Below, piece after piece: positions 38,081-49,560 of a stretch of DNA of 64,000 nucleotides. The notes below the pieces were generated by a model. The model was not told the origin of the DNA, did no database searches, and was given only the letters and a program-made list of their open reading frames with translations. Numbering within the stretch: the stretch's first letter is position 1; each line of letters opens with the position of its first letter. Source of the stretch: Macrostomum lignano (Eukaryota); NCBI GenBank assembly GCA_002269645.1, contig NIVC01000548.1:49693-113692 (forward strand), given 5' to 3'. Position numbers and translations under genes: made by a program.

Positions 38081-38775
38081 CCTCTCGGCACTACTCAAAC
38101 TTTGAGCAATAGCCCTGATCAAGCTATTGTAAAGTGACGACAGAGCGACTTCATTAATTTTGCGCGCACGTGTTAGAGTTAACACTTTTTAAGTCCGTTA
38201 CGTTTTGAAACTCGAGTAAAATTTTGGTGTACAGGTTTGAGCACCTGTCAAATTTGAGTACAGTTTGAGCACGCGTGTTAAATTTTGTTTTAACGAGCTC
38301 GAGCAAGTGTGAGTTAAAATAAAACCGAAATTAAATTCATCGGTACACTGAAAACAAACCGAAAATAAAAGAATCGTCGACGCAAAACAAACAAAAAATA
38401 ACTGAAACATTTTGCCGGCACAAAAACAAAACCGAAATTAATTGAAACTTCGTGGAGAGCGGAGTTAATTGACAAAAGAGAGAGAGTCAAAGAAGAGAAA
38501 AAGACTTTGCAAAACAAGAAGACAAAGCCCACTTCAACTTGAAGATACACTTTGCGGGACGCCGCATAAGTGCGAAATCAGCAAGCGAACAGAACAAGTT
38601 CATTTGAGGACAACCAGTGGCAGCAAGCCACACCGCATCCGAGGCCAGCGAATAACAAATCGACACCACAAGACAATTCGTTACAGTCGAGGTTTATTCC
38701 GAGGCAAACACCACACTGGACGATCCGTTACAAATCGATCCAGATCTTGAACTACCGTTCTATCCTATCAACAAC

Positions 38776-40247
38776 ATGGCGCGGCGCAATCCAACGGTAC
38801 ACAGAGACATCAAAGAAACGGTCGGTACCTTCTCGATGGAGAAAGATTTTAACACATTTGTCGACCACTTTGACCTGGTATGTAGGGAATACAACCTACA
38901 AAATCCAGAGAAGCACAGCTGCTGCCACCTCTTCTCCAAGGTACTGCGCGAGAAATTTACGGCAAGCTGGATGCGGCAACACAGCAAAATTATCCAGCAC
39001 TAATCATTCAACTGCGCGCGCATTTCAACCGTTGCGGCACAAACAGATCAGTGCTGCTGCACAAGTTGCATAACAGAAGGATGCAAGCAACAGAATCCTT
39101 CCTCGCCTTTGTGGACGATATCCGCCAGATAATTAAGGCACTGCATCAGCCACCGCTGCAAGCTGCGGACCAACCACCACTGGGAGCGGCAGAATTGGCC
39201 GCCAGAGAAAGACAACGATTGATGGATCGTGAACAAAACCTCATCCTGCACGTAATAAACAACGCACAGCCGTCACTTCGGGATAGACTTTTGCGTGAAA
39301 ATATCGAAACCGAAGAAGACCTTTTGCGTTGCGGAATGCAATGGGAAGCCAGTGCCCCATTAATGACGACAGGCAACAATGAAGTGCAGAAACTGACGCA
39401 GCAACTAAACAAGTTAATGCAGCACCAGACAGCTGCTATCGCCGAACAAAAAAGACGAAATGAACAAGCCTCAGCCAGATGTTACTACTGCGGACAAGAA
39501 GGACATTATCAGATTAATTGTCCTCATTGGTCAACAAGATACGACAAGCCGCGACAGATATTCAACAATCAGAAGCCGCAGAAACCATGGCAGCACTATC
39601 AAAATCGCCAACAACAAGGAATGAGACGCTTCGGAAATGATAGACGCTTCGGAAATAATGACCGCTCCGGAAATGATGGCCGCTTCGGAAACGAAGGCCG
39701 CTTCAGAAGTAATGGCTACAGGCCACGCAACGTCAGATACACACAAAGACAGCCGACGCAAGCAATGCCACGATACGCGAATGCCATCACGTACACACCG
39801 GAAAATGAACAGCAAGAACAGCAAGTGTTCACAATTGACGACTTGGAAATGGACTTCACAGTCCCGGAACTTGACATCAGCTTGATCGAAAAGAAGACGA
39901 CGCACGAGGACAACACTGACAACACAGAAGAGACGAATGAAACCGAAATGATCAAATTAAAAGAGACCACCGGAGACAGCAGAGAAAACAGGAAGAAAGT
40001 AAATCACAAGACAAGGGAGGAGGCGGAGAGCGACATCGGCAACGAAGAAAAGATGAAAACCGGCGAAGAAAACAACTATGAATCGACAACAGTGGATGAC
40101 GACAAAACGAGCATGAAAGACAAAGAAATGAAAGAAGAAGAAGAATGTAGAAGTTACGGCAACGACCACGACTGCGAGGTGCGTGATGACACGAACGACT
40201 ACCAAGCCGAAAGAGGAATGCAGGAAGAACGAGAGCGGAGAATCTAA
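38776..40247 (+). CDS. gag: Gag (one -1 frame break at ~38986-38989), with CCHC zinc knuckle, RFGN repeats and acidic tail
   Basis: Capsid-like FSMEKDFNTFVDHFDLVC; after the shift, NYPALIIQLRAHF...; CYYCGQEGHYQINC. Confidence 0.85.
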
Positions 40248-40294
40248 GTTCCGACAGCGATCAAGGCTACGAAATACAATGGAAAGATGAAGAA

Positions 40295-42562
40295 ATGGAA
40301 AAAGAACAGGTGAAAGAAAAGCCGAGTTCCGACAGCGACGAATGCTACGAGATCCGATACAAACGAAATGGTGAAGCCTATATTCAAACGGTCGACTACA
40401 AGACAGAGAAAAGATACCAAACGCAATGGAGTGAAACAACGGAAACATCGGAAGAAGCCGCAGACGAAGATAATGAAATAACCAAAAAGCAAAGCGAATC
40501 AGAAGCCTTCCGCCTGGATCAGCCAATGGAACAACCGAAAGAATATGATGCGGACATGGAAGATAACGAATGGCGATCGCAGCCAATGCCAGCAAGGACA
40601 ACGGCAAAATCCAAGAAGTGGAAAAACTGGCTATTCTGGATCATCGTGATACTACTGATAGCAGTAGTCGCCAAAGCAACGGCAACGGAAAAGCCAATGA
40701 TTTGTCCAACGGATGCGCATATCCAACCGATGATCTACAAGATACCAACCGACATCAAATGCAGTTACTTCAAGACAAACCAGACAAAACCAAAGAAGAT
40801 TACACTCGATCTCTACAAGGCTAACATCAAGAAGCATCGACAACACGGGATAGTATGCTTCAGAGACAAGCACCTGGTGGAAAAAGTTTGGCGCGGACAA
40901 TGGAACCGGATCCGATTTAAACAACATGAGCTACATGTGTCGCACGCGGAATGCCTACAATGGAATCAAACACTATTTTCAAAGGATGGTGAACTGGAAC
41001 CAGATGAGAAGGTCGGCAACGCACAGCTGTTCAGAACAAAGAATTCAGCCAACGGTCGATATATTCACTTCTTCGGAAAATGGAAAGAATATATGGCACG
41101 CAACAGCTACTTGATCAGAAATATTCCATTCTACTACAATCCGTACGAGAAAATGGAATCGTTACAGCTGCAACTAAGCGAATGTCGATACAGTGAAGGA
41201 TGGTGTCCAACGCCGATTCTACGGAAGGAAGAACTACACAGTCTACCACTGAGTCCAACATATCATCAAGACTATCGATGGCAGATTGAGCACAGAGCAC
41301 AATCACACTATGAGGAACCGTACAATTCACGACAATATTTCTTCGCATGGGAAGTAGAGCCGGAAATTGACTGCAAGCTTCAAAAGTATCACACAGTTGA
41401 AGGAGGACTACTGTCGAATACGTTTTTGGCAAAGCAGGAGACTTGGCCTGACGTTTCAAAAGAACCGGTTGAACAGGAACTCAAATGCAAGGATACGGAC
41501 AAGACGCTATTCATCTCGGAGCAAGAAATACCAGTCTATGTAAAGGATGACGACAAGCGAACCTTCCTGACGATCATAAACGGAACGTATCAACAACAAG
41601 AAAGGCGACGACGCGACATAGAACGTCCACGATTGGTGTCGAACCGACTACTGTCAGCAAAGATCACGGCTTTAGATCACAATCTGCATAACCAGCTAAA
41701 TCACCTACATCGATCACTGGTTCAGTTAACTTGCAAGATGCACGCAATCAACTTGAACTACGCAAGACAAAACTACTATGTCAACCCTACGATGACATTT
41801 CGCAAGATCACTGGAATGAGAGAGGTTCTGGCAATTCCGATATATGGACATCTCCTGATATACAAGTGCACGCCGATACAGCACTTTAACATCTTGCCGT
41901 CAAACACGTCAACAACCTGCTACGATAAGCCAAGGATTGAAGCGTTCTACGAAGGAAAACGAATTCAGGGATTCTTGGACACGGTACACAACATCATCGT
42001 TGGCACCGCAATACCGAGACCTTGCACCACGGCAGTAAACTACTATCAACTGGACAATGCACTACACGTCATCAAAACAACTGGAACGACAGCAAACGTC
42101 ACAGAACCGGAAGTAATCGTCGACGAAAACTACGACATGGAGGATTTGAAAATCCGATTCAACAGAACGAAGTATACGCCATTCGCCGATATCCAACTTG
42201 ACGAGATAACACCAGGATGGACGATCAACGACTTCTTGCAAGCGTTCATCACCCAACGCAAGATGATTCACCAGCTGTTCACAAGAAAGGACAAAGGAAC
42301 CGGGACAGGAAGATTTCCCGTCCTTGTTTCAATGGACAGCGCCATCAAATCATTTTGGACAAATAGCTTCTGGGAGCTGCTCAATGGAAGAGGCAGTCTC
42401 TATCAAGGATTCATCTTCTACGGTGCTTGCATTGTGTGGATTGTCACGGCAATCTTCATCATTTCATCGATCGTACGGTGCTTCAGTCAAACTTGTCCAA
42501 GAGCTAAGAAGACAGTGAATGCCATAATGCAAAGAACGACAACGGAAGCGACAACAGTTTAG
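40295..42562 (+). CDS. env: Env-like class III viral fusion glycoprotein (gB/chuvirus-G-like); frame open from 40190
   Basis: Hydrophobic signal segment WLFWIIVILLIAVVAKATA (40628-40684), Cys-rich ectodomain (CP..C, VS..EC, CRYSEGWC), furin site RRRR (41603-41614), VNPT..R and CYDKP.I motifs reminiscent of gB, several N-glycosylation sequons, TM at ~42407-42475. Confidence 0.8.
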   Translation: MEKEQVKEKPSSDSDECYEIRYKRNGEAYIQTVDYKTEKRYQTQWSETTETSEEAADEDNEITKKQSESEAFRLDQPMEQPKEYDADMEDNEWRSQPMPARTTAKSKKWKNWLFWIIVILLIAVVAKATATEKPMICPTDAHIQPMIYKIPTDIKCSYFKTNQTKPKKITLDLYKANIKKHRQHGIVCFRDKHLVEKVWRGQWNRIRFKQHELHVSHAECLQWNQTLFSKDGELEPDEKVGNAQLFRTKNSANGRYIHFFGKWKEYMARNSYLIRNIPFYYNPYEKMESLQLQLSECRYSEGWCPTPILRKEELHSLPLSPTYHQDYRWQIEHRAQSHYEEPYNSRQYFFAWEVEPEIDCKLQKYHTVEGGLLSNTFLAKQETWPDVSKEPVEQELKCKDTDKTLFISEQEIPVYVKDDDKRTFLTIINGTYQQQERRRRDIERPRLVSNRLLSAKITALDHNLHNQLNHLHRSLVQLTCKMHAINLNYARQNYYVNPTMTFRKITGMREVLAIPIYGHLLIYKCTPIQHFNILPSNTSTTCYDKPRIEAFYEGKRIQGFLDTVHNIIVGTAIPRPCTTAVNYYQLDNALHVIKTTGTTANVTEPEVIVDENYDMEDLKIRFNRTKYTPFADIQLDEITPGWTINDFLQAFITQRKMIHQLFTRKDKGTGTGRFPVLVSMDSAIKSFWTNSFWELLNGRGSLYQGFIFYGACIVWIVTAIFIISSIVRCFSQTCPRAKKTVNAIMQRTTTEATTV

Positions 42563-45500
42563 AACTAACAGAAACTGCACATTGTGAGGTTCAAGGGCAA
42601 CCGACACTAGCAACGCGGCTATATCCATCGATTCCGACAACACCAACGGCACCAAGGATACAACCACCCAACTATCAAGCAGAACAGCACGAGCCAAAAT
42701 GGCCGGAAAACTACGTCTGTACGCTACACGCCGAGATTGGCAAAGCAATGGCTCAGGTCATTGTCAACAACTTGCCATGTCGAGCACTACTGGATTCAGG
42801 CAGCTCGATCACAGTCATCTCGCAACAATTATGCAACAAGCTACGACTCGCGGTACGACCAGCAGCAATCGCAGTTGCAGGAGCAGGAGGACATTCACTC
42901 AACATCCTAGGAAAAGCAGATATCGACTTGAAAATTGCTAATAAACAGCTGACGGTCCCGACGTACATCATCGACAGACTACCAAACCAAGACGTCATCG
43001 TTGGAATCGACACGTTCAAGCAGCTTCAACTACCATTGACCTTCGACTTCAACAAGCAAACGTTTAGGATCGACACGGTGGAGCAACCGCTGATCAACCA
43101 GATTCGAGTACTACCGAAAGTAACTCTGCAGCAAGATGTCATTATCCAGCCTGAAAGCGCATGCTGGGTCAGAGCGAAAACGACCAGCGCGGCAGATGAA
43201 GCAATGATATTTGATCCACACAGGAGAGTCACGGCAAAACATCAAATCATGATGCCTACGGCACTAGTGCTGGTTGCAAAGGATAAGCAACTGCCAGTAC
43301 AAATCTTCAACCCGAACACAGAAACGGTTCATCTACGACAAGGAATGTGCATCGGTCATCTCAACACCCAAGCATCGGTTATGCTGATTGAACAAGCGAC
43401 TCCACGACTAACAGAGGAAGAATTTCAAAAGAAGATCAATTTGGATGACAGCCCGATTACGGAACAGCAAAAGAGGAAAGTTCGACAGCTGTTGTGGAAG
43501 TACAACGAAGCCTTCTGCCATCATGATTACGACATCGACGAGCCAAGGACATCAAACAGGAAATCAAACTTCTGCCGCACACGGAACCAATTCAGTGCAA
43601 GCCGTACCCGATCGCCAAGCATCTGCAACAACACTTTGACGAAATCATCGATAAAATGCTAAAGCACGGCATCATCAGCAAAGCTATTTCGGCTTACTCC
43701 TCACCGTGCCTACTGGTACAGAAGAAGGAGACAAACGAAAGACGACTCGTATGCGACTTCAGACTGTTGAACAAGTACATACCGACGGATCAGCAAAGCC
43801 TACCGAAGATCTCCGAACTACTAGCAAAGCTCAACACGGCAAAATTGTTCACGGTGTTCGACCTACGTCATGGATTTTGGCAAATTGAAATCGAGAAAGA
43901 GTCACGACAGTACACGGCTTTCAAAACCTACAATGGACAAGTATACGAGTACAATCGATCGCCGATGGGACTCAGCAACAGCCCAGCAACGATGAGCCGA
44001 CTAACAGCATACATGCTTGCAGGATGCACGAACCTGTTGCACTATGTTGACGACATCTTGGCCCACGGAGAAGACTTCGACGACTCTATGAAGCGACGGA
44101 GAAGGCCCTCGCGCTTATACAACGTCAAGGTCTGAAGCTACAACCAACTAAATGCAAATTCTTCCGAGACAACGTGCGTTACCTGGGACATCAGGTGACA
44201 GCCAAAGGAATCTCACCGGACCCAGACAACGTGGAAAAGGTGAAGAAGTTTCCTACGCCAACCAGTATAACGAAGGTCCAATCATTCCTTGGACTTGCGC
44301 AATACTTCAGGAAGTTCTTACCTAACTTCGCAAAGACAGCAAAGCCACTGTACGACCTGCTCAAGTTCGACAAATGGAAGCAAGACAACTGGACACAGAG
44401 ACAACAGGAAAGTTTCGACGAAATCAAACGACAGCTGACATCAGACGCACTGCTACAGCATCCGGACTTCGACAAGCCCTTCATCATCGAGACAGACGCC
44501 TCAGGAACGGGACTCAGAGCAGTCCAACTACAGGAAACCGAGGACAAGAAGGAACGACCTATTGCTTACGTCAGTCGAGCACTCAAACCAAATGAGACAA
44601 AGTGGTCAGCTACGGAACGAGAGCTACTAGGAGTCTTGTTCGCCCTGCGACAGTTTCATTACTACATCTATGGTTCTCCAATACAGACGATAGTACGCAC
44701 GGATCATGCACCATTGACCTACGTCGTAACTACAAAAGGACAGACCAACAACCGACTCATCAGGATGACACTCAAGATACAGGATTACAACTACAAACTC
44801 GTCTACAAACCAGGAATTACCAACAAAGCCGCGGACGCCCTGTCAAGAGCCTATGAAGTCAACGCCATTCATCCAATCCCTAACATCAAGGAGTTGGTGG
44901 ATGAAACCGAGCGCGACAACTTCTACCAAGCGGTTAAAGACGACGACAAGAACATCAAACTTAGCCCATGGAACGAAAATTCCTACGCAAGCAACGACAA
45001 CACCTAACAATCAATAAGTCACGGCTCTACTGGATGAGCGACAATAAACCTAAGATCTACGTACCATATTCGTTTCGGCAAGCAATTCTCAACGAGCTGC
45101 ACGACAACCCACTCGCTGGACACCTGTCGGCCGCAAAGACCATCGCGAGAGTGGAACAATACTACTTTTGGCCAACTATGTACGGCGACATCAAGCAGTA
45201 TTGCAACAACTGCCATTCATGTGCTGCATCAAAGACAGGACGACGACAGAAACCGCAGCTACAGTCCATTCCGAAGTCGACTACAATGGACTGTCTAAGC
45301 ATCGACATCACCGGACCACTGCCACCGAGCTGTCTCCAGGGCATCGCCTACACCTACATCCTAACCGCCTTGGACATCTTCTCGAAGTTTGCTATCGCCA
45401 TACCGATACCGGACATCACAGCTCAGACAGTGGCAATGAGTTTCTTCAACGAAATCATTTGCAAGTACGGCACGCCGAAGAACCTCACATCGGACAACGG

Positions 45501-46254
45501 ATCGCAGTTTACATCGCAGCTGTTTCAGCAAGTCGTAAGGATTCTCAACATTACGCAGATCTACACATCGACCTACAATCCGAAGGCAAACATGGTTGAA
45601 AGGTTTCACCGCAACCTGCACGAGATGATTACACACTTCGCGCACCAACAGCCGGAAGACTGGATCATCTACCTGCAATCTGTAACAATGGCCTACAACA
45701 GCGCTATTCATCGATCAACGGACAATACGCCATTCTTCCTAATGTTTGGACGAGACTTCCAACCGCCGAATCTGCTCGCACAGCAATTGCTACCATCGCA
45801 GTACGTGGAAGTACCGACTTCCATTCAGAAATTTGTCACGCAGCTACACCTCGCATGGAAGATCGCCAAGCACAACATTGACAACCAGGTGGCTCTGACC
45901 ACCGGCAACGACGCGAGATCGACAACCCTGACGGCCGGCGACATCGTTTACCTACACTACCCGCCGCAGCAGACGCATAAACATGCACAGAAGTATAAAG
46001 GACCCTATCGAGTGGTCCAACTAACGTCACCGACAACGGCACGCCTGGCTAATGTACAAGATCCACATCAGCACCAGTTCTACGTACACATTCATCGACT
46101 AAAGAAGATCAACACTGACACCGCGACGTTTCTACCGACATTAGACAACGCGGATCGCACGCGTTCAACGAACCGCCACATCGCGACAAAGCACGAGGAG
46201 ACTCAAACGACAGATGTGAGCCAGCCACATGGCTACAACCTACGACCACGCTAG
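42508..46254 (+). CDS. pol: Pol: late-domain-like linker, protease, RT, RNase H, integrase (three -1 breaks at ~43537, ~44081, ~44965)
   Basis: LLDSGS; YSSPCLLVQK, RLVCDFRLLN, DLRHGFWQI, YVDDIL; TDASG, TERELLG, RTDH; H..GH..C..C zinc finger, DITGP, SDNGSQF, VERF, KYKGPYRV. Confidence 0.93.
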
Positions 46255-46374
46255 AGTTTCGAGAGCAACCCCGTGTAGTGACCGGGATAAAGAATAGCAC
46301 TACAGCTTCGCAAGCTTGTCGTAAAAGGCGACTAATCCGAGCGACACAAAGACAGCGACAAATTGACAACAATT

Positions 46375-46749
46375 ATGAGCAACGCACTGTCGAAACAGGC
46401 GCCCCAGCCTCAGCAGCTATATGACTGCCCGATATGTTTAACTGATGACTTGGCTGTCAAGCCACCGACTATTTGCATCAACGAACATAAAGTTTGCGGA
46501 CAATGTTTAAGCGATTCACATTATATTCAGCCATGGCAGAATTGTCCCCTCTGTAGAGATAGTTTGCGACAATGTGCCTATTGTTATTCTTGGCGCACGT
46601 TTCAATATTGTAACCACCAACATTTTATTTGCATGCACTGTTTGAAGCAAACCGCTAGTAGGGGCGTTATAGGATGCCCCTTATGTAATAGTATGCCGCG
46701 AGACTGCACGTTTCGAAAGTGGTGTCGGATCAAACCTGATGCCACTTGA
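46375..46749 (+). CDS. Accessory ORF with two tandem C3HC4 RING-like fingers (124 aa) inside the LTR element
   Basis: CPIC..CINEHKVCGQC..CPLC followed by CAYC..CNHQHFICMHC..CPLC; intact ATG to TGA. Confidence 0.8.
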   Translation: MSNALSKQAPQPQQLYDCPICLTDDLAVKPPTICINEHKVCGQCLSDSHYIQPWQNCPLCRDSLRQCAYCYSWRTFQYCNHQHFICMHCLKQTASRGVIGCPLCNSMPRDCTFRKWCRIKPDAT

Positions 46750-46914
46750 TGTCTACGCGATATTCGAGTTTTGACCGCAATATGTACTGAAAAGTTTTTA
46801 GAGTTTTGACCAAACCCTCGCTTCACTAGACGCGCACAAAATCAATTGTTTATTTCCTATATTAACTGATCACCACAGAATTTTATTGTTAAAACTCGGG
46901 ACGAGTTTTTTCGT

Positions 46915-46926
46915 AAAAAAGGGAGA
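46915..46926 (+). promoter_or_regulatory. Polypurine tract AAAAAAGGGAGA
   Basis: Ends 3 nt upstream of the 3' LTR. Confidence 0.85.
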
Positions 46927-46929
46927 TTT

Positions 46930-47793
46930 TGTAGAGTGTTCTACCTCCCGTTAAAAAAGGAAAAAAGAAGATAATCGTATAATACTACTATAAGTAAGTA
47001 AGTACACGCATGTGCGCCTAAGCTTTGAATGAATCACGCTACCAGAAAAAGATGTTACCAGAATAATACGCCATGAGCCATTTTCCCCTTTTAGCGCAAC
47101 ACGTGAATTGTCATGATACTATTTTGGATCAAAAACTTGTCTATAAATACAAGCGATCTGAAGCGGTACCGGAGCCATTCTCCCCACGGAAGAGGAGCGC
47201 TCCGAAGAGGAAGCCTTAGGAGGACTTCCTGATCTACCAAGTCAATCGAGACTCGGTCGAGTTGTTGCGGTAAGCCTTCCTTATTTGCGCCCGTTGTGTT
47301 AGAGACGTCTCGCTCAAGTCTATTGAGACTTGAGTCTAATTGAGTCTGTTGAGACTCTTGAGTCTGTTTAGACTCCATTGGTTGCAGTCTCCAGAAGGAC
47401 TGCCCCTGATAGATCTTAGAGGACTATCAGTGGTTTCCGGAGCTATACCTAGAGTGCATAGAGGCACTGCTAGAAGAAGGAGGCTTAATTTAGACCGCAG
47501 TTTGGCGCAGGGTACCCATTGTTGCTACGAGGCCTCTGATTGGTCCTGACGGAAGATACCGGCCGGAAGAACTTATCGGAAGTACAAGAGGAACCAGGAC
47601 CAGAGCAACTGAAGAATCAAGGCGCCTGATCTACGAGATCTACTGACAAGTTCCTAGCGAGAACTACTCAAGAAATTCAAATCCGGATTAAAGGTAATTG
47701 AATACCTTCGTTTGACTTACTGGGTTGCCTAGCTGTTGAGCTAGAAGTGATTGTTCCTTGATTATCGAAAGTCGGGTAATAAGGAACACATCA
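46930..47793 (+). repeat. 3' LTR (864 bp)
   Basis: Copy of 37203-38066 at offset 9727. Confidence 0.97.
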
Positions 47794-48132
47794 GGCCATT
47801 GGCATGCTGGACGCTGGGATGTCCATCCGAGCTGTTGCTAGCCAAATTGGGCGGTCGCACACAGCAATCCGCAAACTGCAGATCAAGTGCAGAGAAACGA
47901 GCAGCGTGGTGCTCACTCCTTTGACGACTCCTTTGAAGGCGAATCCGACAGCACTGCCTAGTAACAGGAATGTAGCCCTGCATCGGTTGGAGTGCACTTG
48001 CTCTTTGCTGTTCCTTTGCTTCGTTCGAATCCGGATTATATATTTGTCTATGGCTCAAACCACAAATATCTCCACCCACCAAAACGTTGACCCTTCGCGC
48101 GCTAGGGTGGAAACTTTCAATGTTGCTGAGGG
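47794..48132 (+). mobile_element. Right arm of the internally deleted Tc1 element
   Basis: IGMLDAGMSIRAVASQIGRSHTAIRKLQIKCRETSSV (Tc1 N-terminal HTH), then the DDE region is lost. TIR AGGGTGGAAACTTTCAATGTTGCTGAGGG; the right TA is not preserved. Confidence 0.8.
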
Positions 48133-48278
48133 GCTCGTATTAATACCTGTATGAAACTTTCAATTTGTTTTTTTTTGTCTTCTGATCTAATATTTTTTTT
48201 ACTTCTGAAGTTTACCTAGCTTAATATCAGTTACGAGTACTATTAGTTTACATGACTGCATTTTCAGCGACTGCTCTG

Positions 48279-49560
48279 ATGAATCCGCAGCAGCTGAAGG
48301 ATGTCGCTGCCGCCAAGATCGACGAGTCGCGCGAGCTGCTGCTCAGCGTCAGTTCTCGCCTGTGGCAGAACCCGGAGCTGGCGCTGGAGGAGCGAATGGC
48401 GCACCAGCTTCTGACGGAGACGCTGGAGTCGTCGGGCTTCAGCGTGACGCGGCACTTTGTGCTGGACACCGGGTTCAAGGCCGAGTTCGGGTCTGCTGGC
48501 GCCGGGCGGCCCCACATCGCCGTGATGTGCGAGTTCGACGCTCTGCCGGGCATCAGGCACGCCTGCGGACACAACCTGATCGCCGAGGTGGCGGTGGGTG
48601 CCGGTCTGGGCATCAAGGCGGCCATGGAGGCGGGCGGCGTGGCCGGCAGGGTCACCGTGCTCGGGACGCCGGCAGAGGAGGCACAGGGCGGCAAGATCAA
48701 CATGATCAATGCGGGTTTTTTCAAAGACGTTGACGTCGCTCTGATGGCGCATCCAGACCGCATGACAACGGTACACAGCGCTCACTTGAGTCTGAGTAGT
48801 ATTGAGGTTATCTTCACCGGCAAGGCGTCCCACGCGGCCGGCTCGCCCAGGGAGGGCCTCAACGCCCTTGACGCGGCCGTGACGGCCTACCAGAGCGTGT
48901 CGAACCTGCGGCAGCAGATGCGGCCGGACTGGCGGGTGCACGGCATCGTGAAGGAGGGCGGCCAGCGGCCCAACATCATCCCTGAGCGAGCTGTGCTAGG
49001 TCAGGTTATTAGTGCAATCTGTAGTGCGGATTAAAAGTGCAAAACTAAGCTCTTGCATCTTGGTGACGCAGCAAACGCTTCAACTTCCAGAGTACTGCAC
49101 CCGAGCTTCAACTGGCGGCGACTCGCAACTGCTGCTCAACAAAGTGAAGCAATGCATGCATGCGGCTGCCATGGCAACCGGATGCGAGTGCCTCATCTCA
49201 GAGTCGGAACCTGAGTACAAGAATGTGATTCCCAATCGCGCTCTTGCTGGCGCCTACAGTGCGAACTTGAGAGCTCTGGGTGTTGAGCACACTCAGCTGT
49301 ACCCGGAGCCCACCGGCTCAACCGACATGGGCAATGTGAGCTACGAGGTGCCGTCCATTCATCCGATGTTCTTCATCGGTGGCGACACTGCCACGCATAG
49401 TGCGGGATTTGCGGTGCTGGCCGGAGCTGCTGAGGCGCAGCGTTACGTCCTGGAGCAGGCCAAGGCTCTGGCGATGACCGGCATCGATGTGCTCACGGAG
49501 CCTGCGCTGGTGCAGCGATGCTGGGAAACTTTTCAGGAGGATCTGAGCATCTACGGCTAA
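48279..49560 (+). CDS. PM20D2: PM20D2 paralog 2 (396 aa)
   Basis: Exons 48279-48999 and 49091-49560. Same M20 motifs, with GIRHACGH and GSPREG variants. Confidence 0.9.

Larger units (their letters stand above)
37203..47793 (+). mobile_element. Full-length Ty3/gypsy LTR retrotransposon with env-like and RING genes
   Basis: TG...CA LTRs of 864 bp, GGCC TSD (37199-37202 / 47794-47797), PBS, PPT, domain order PR-RT-RH-IN. Confidence 0.97.
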
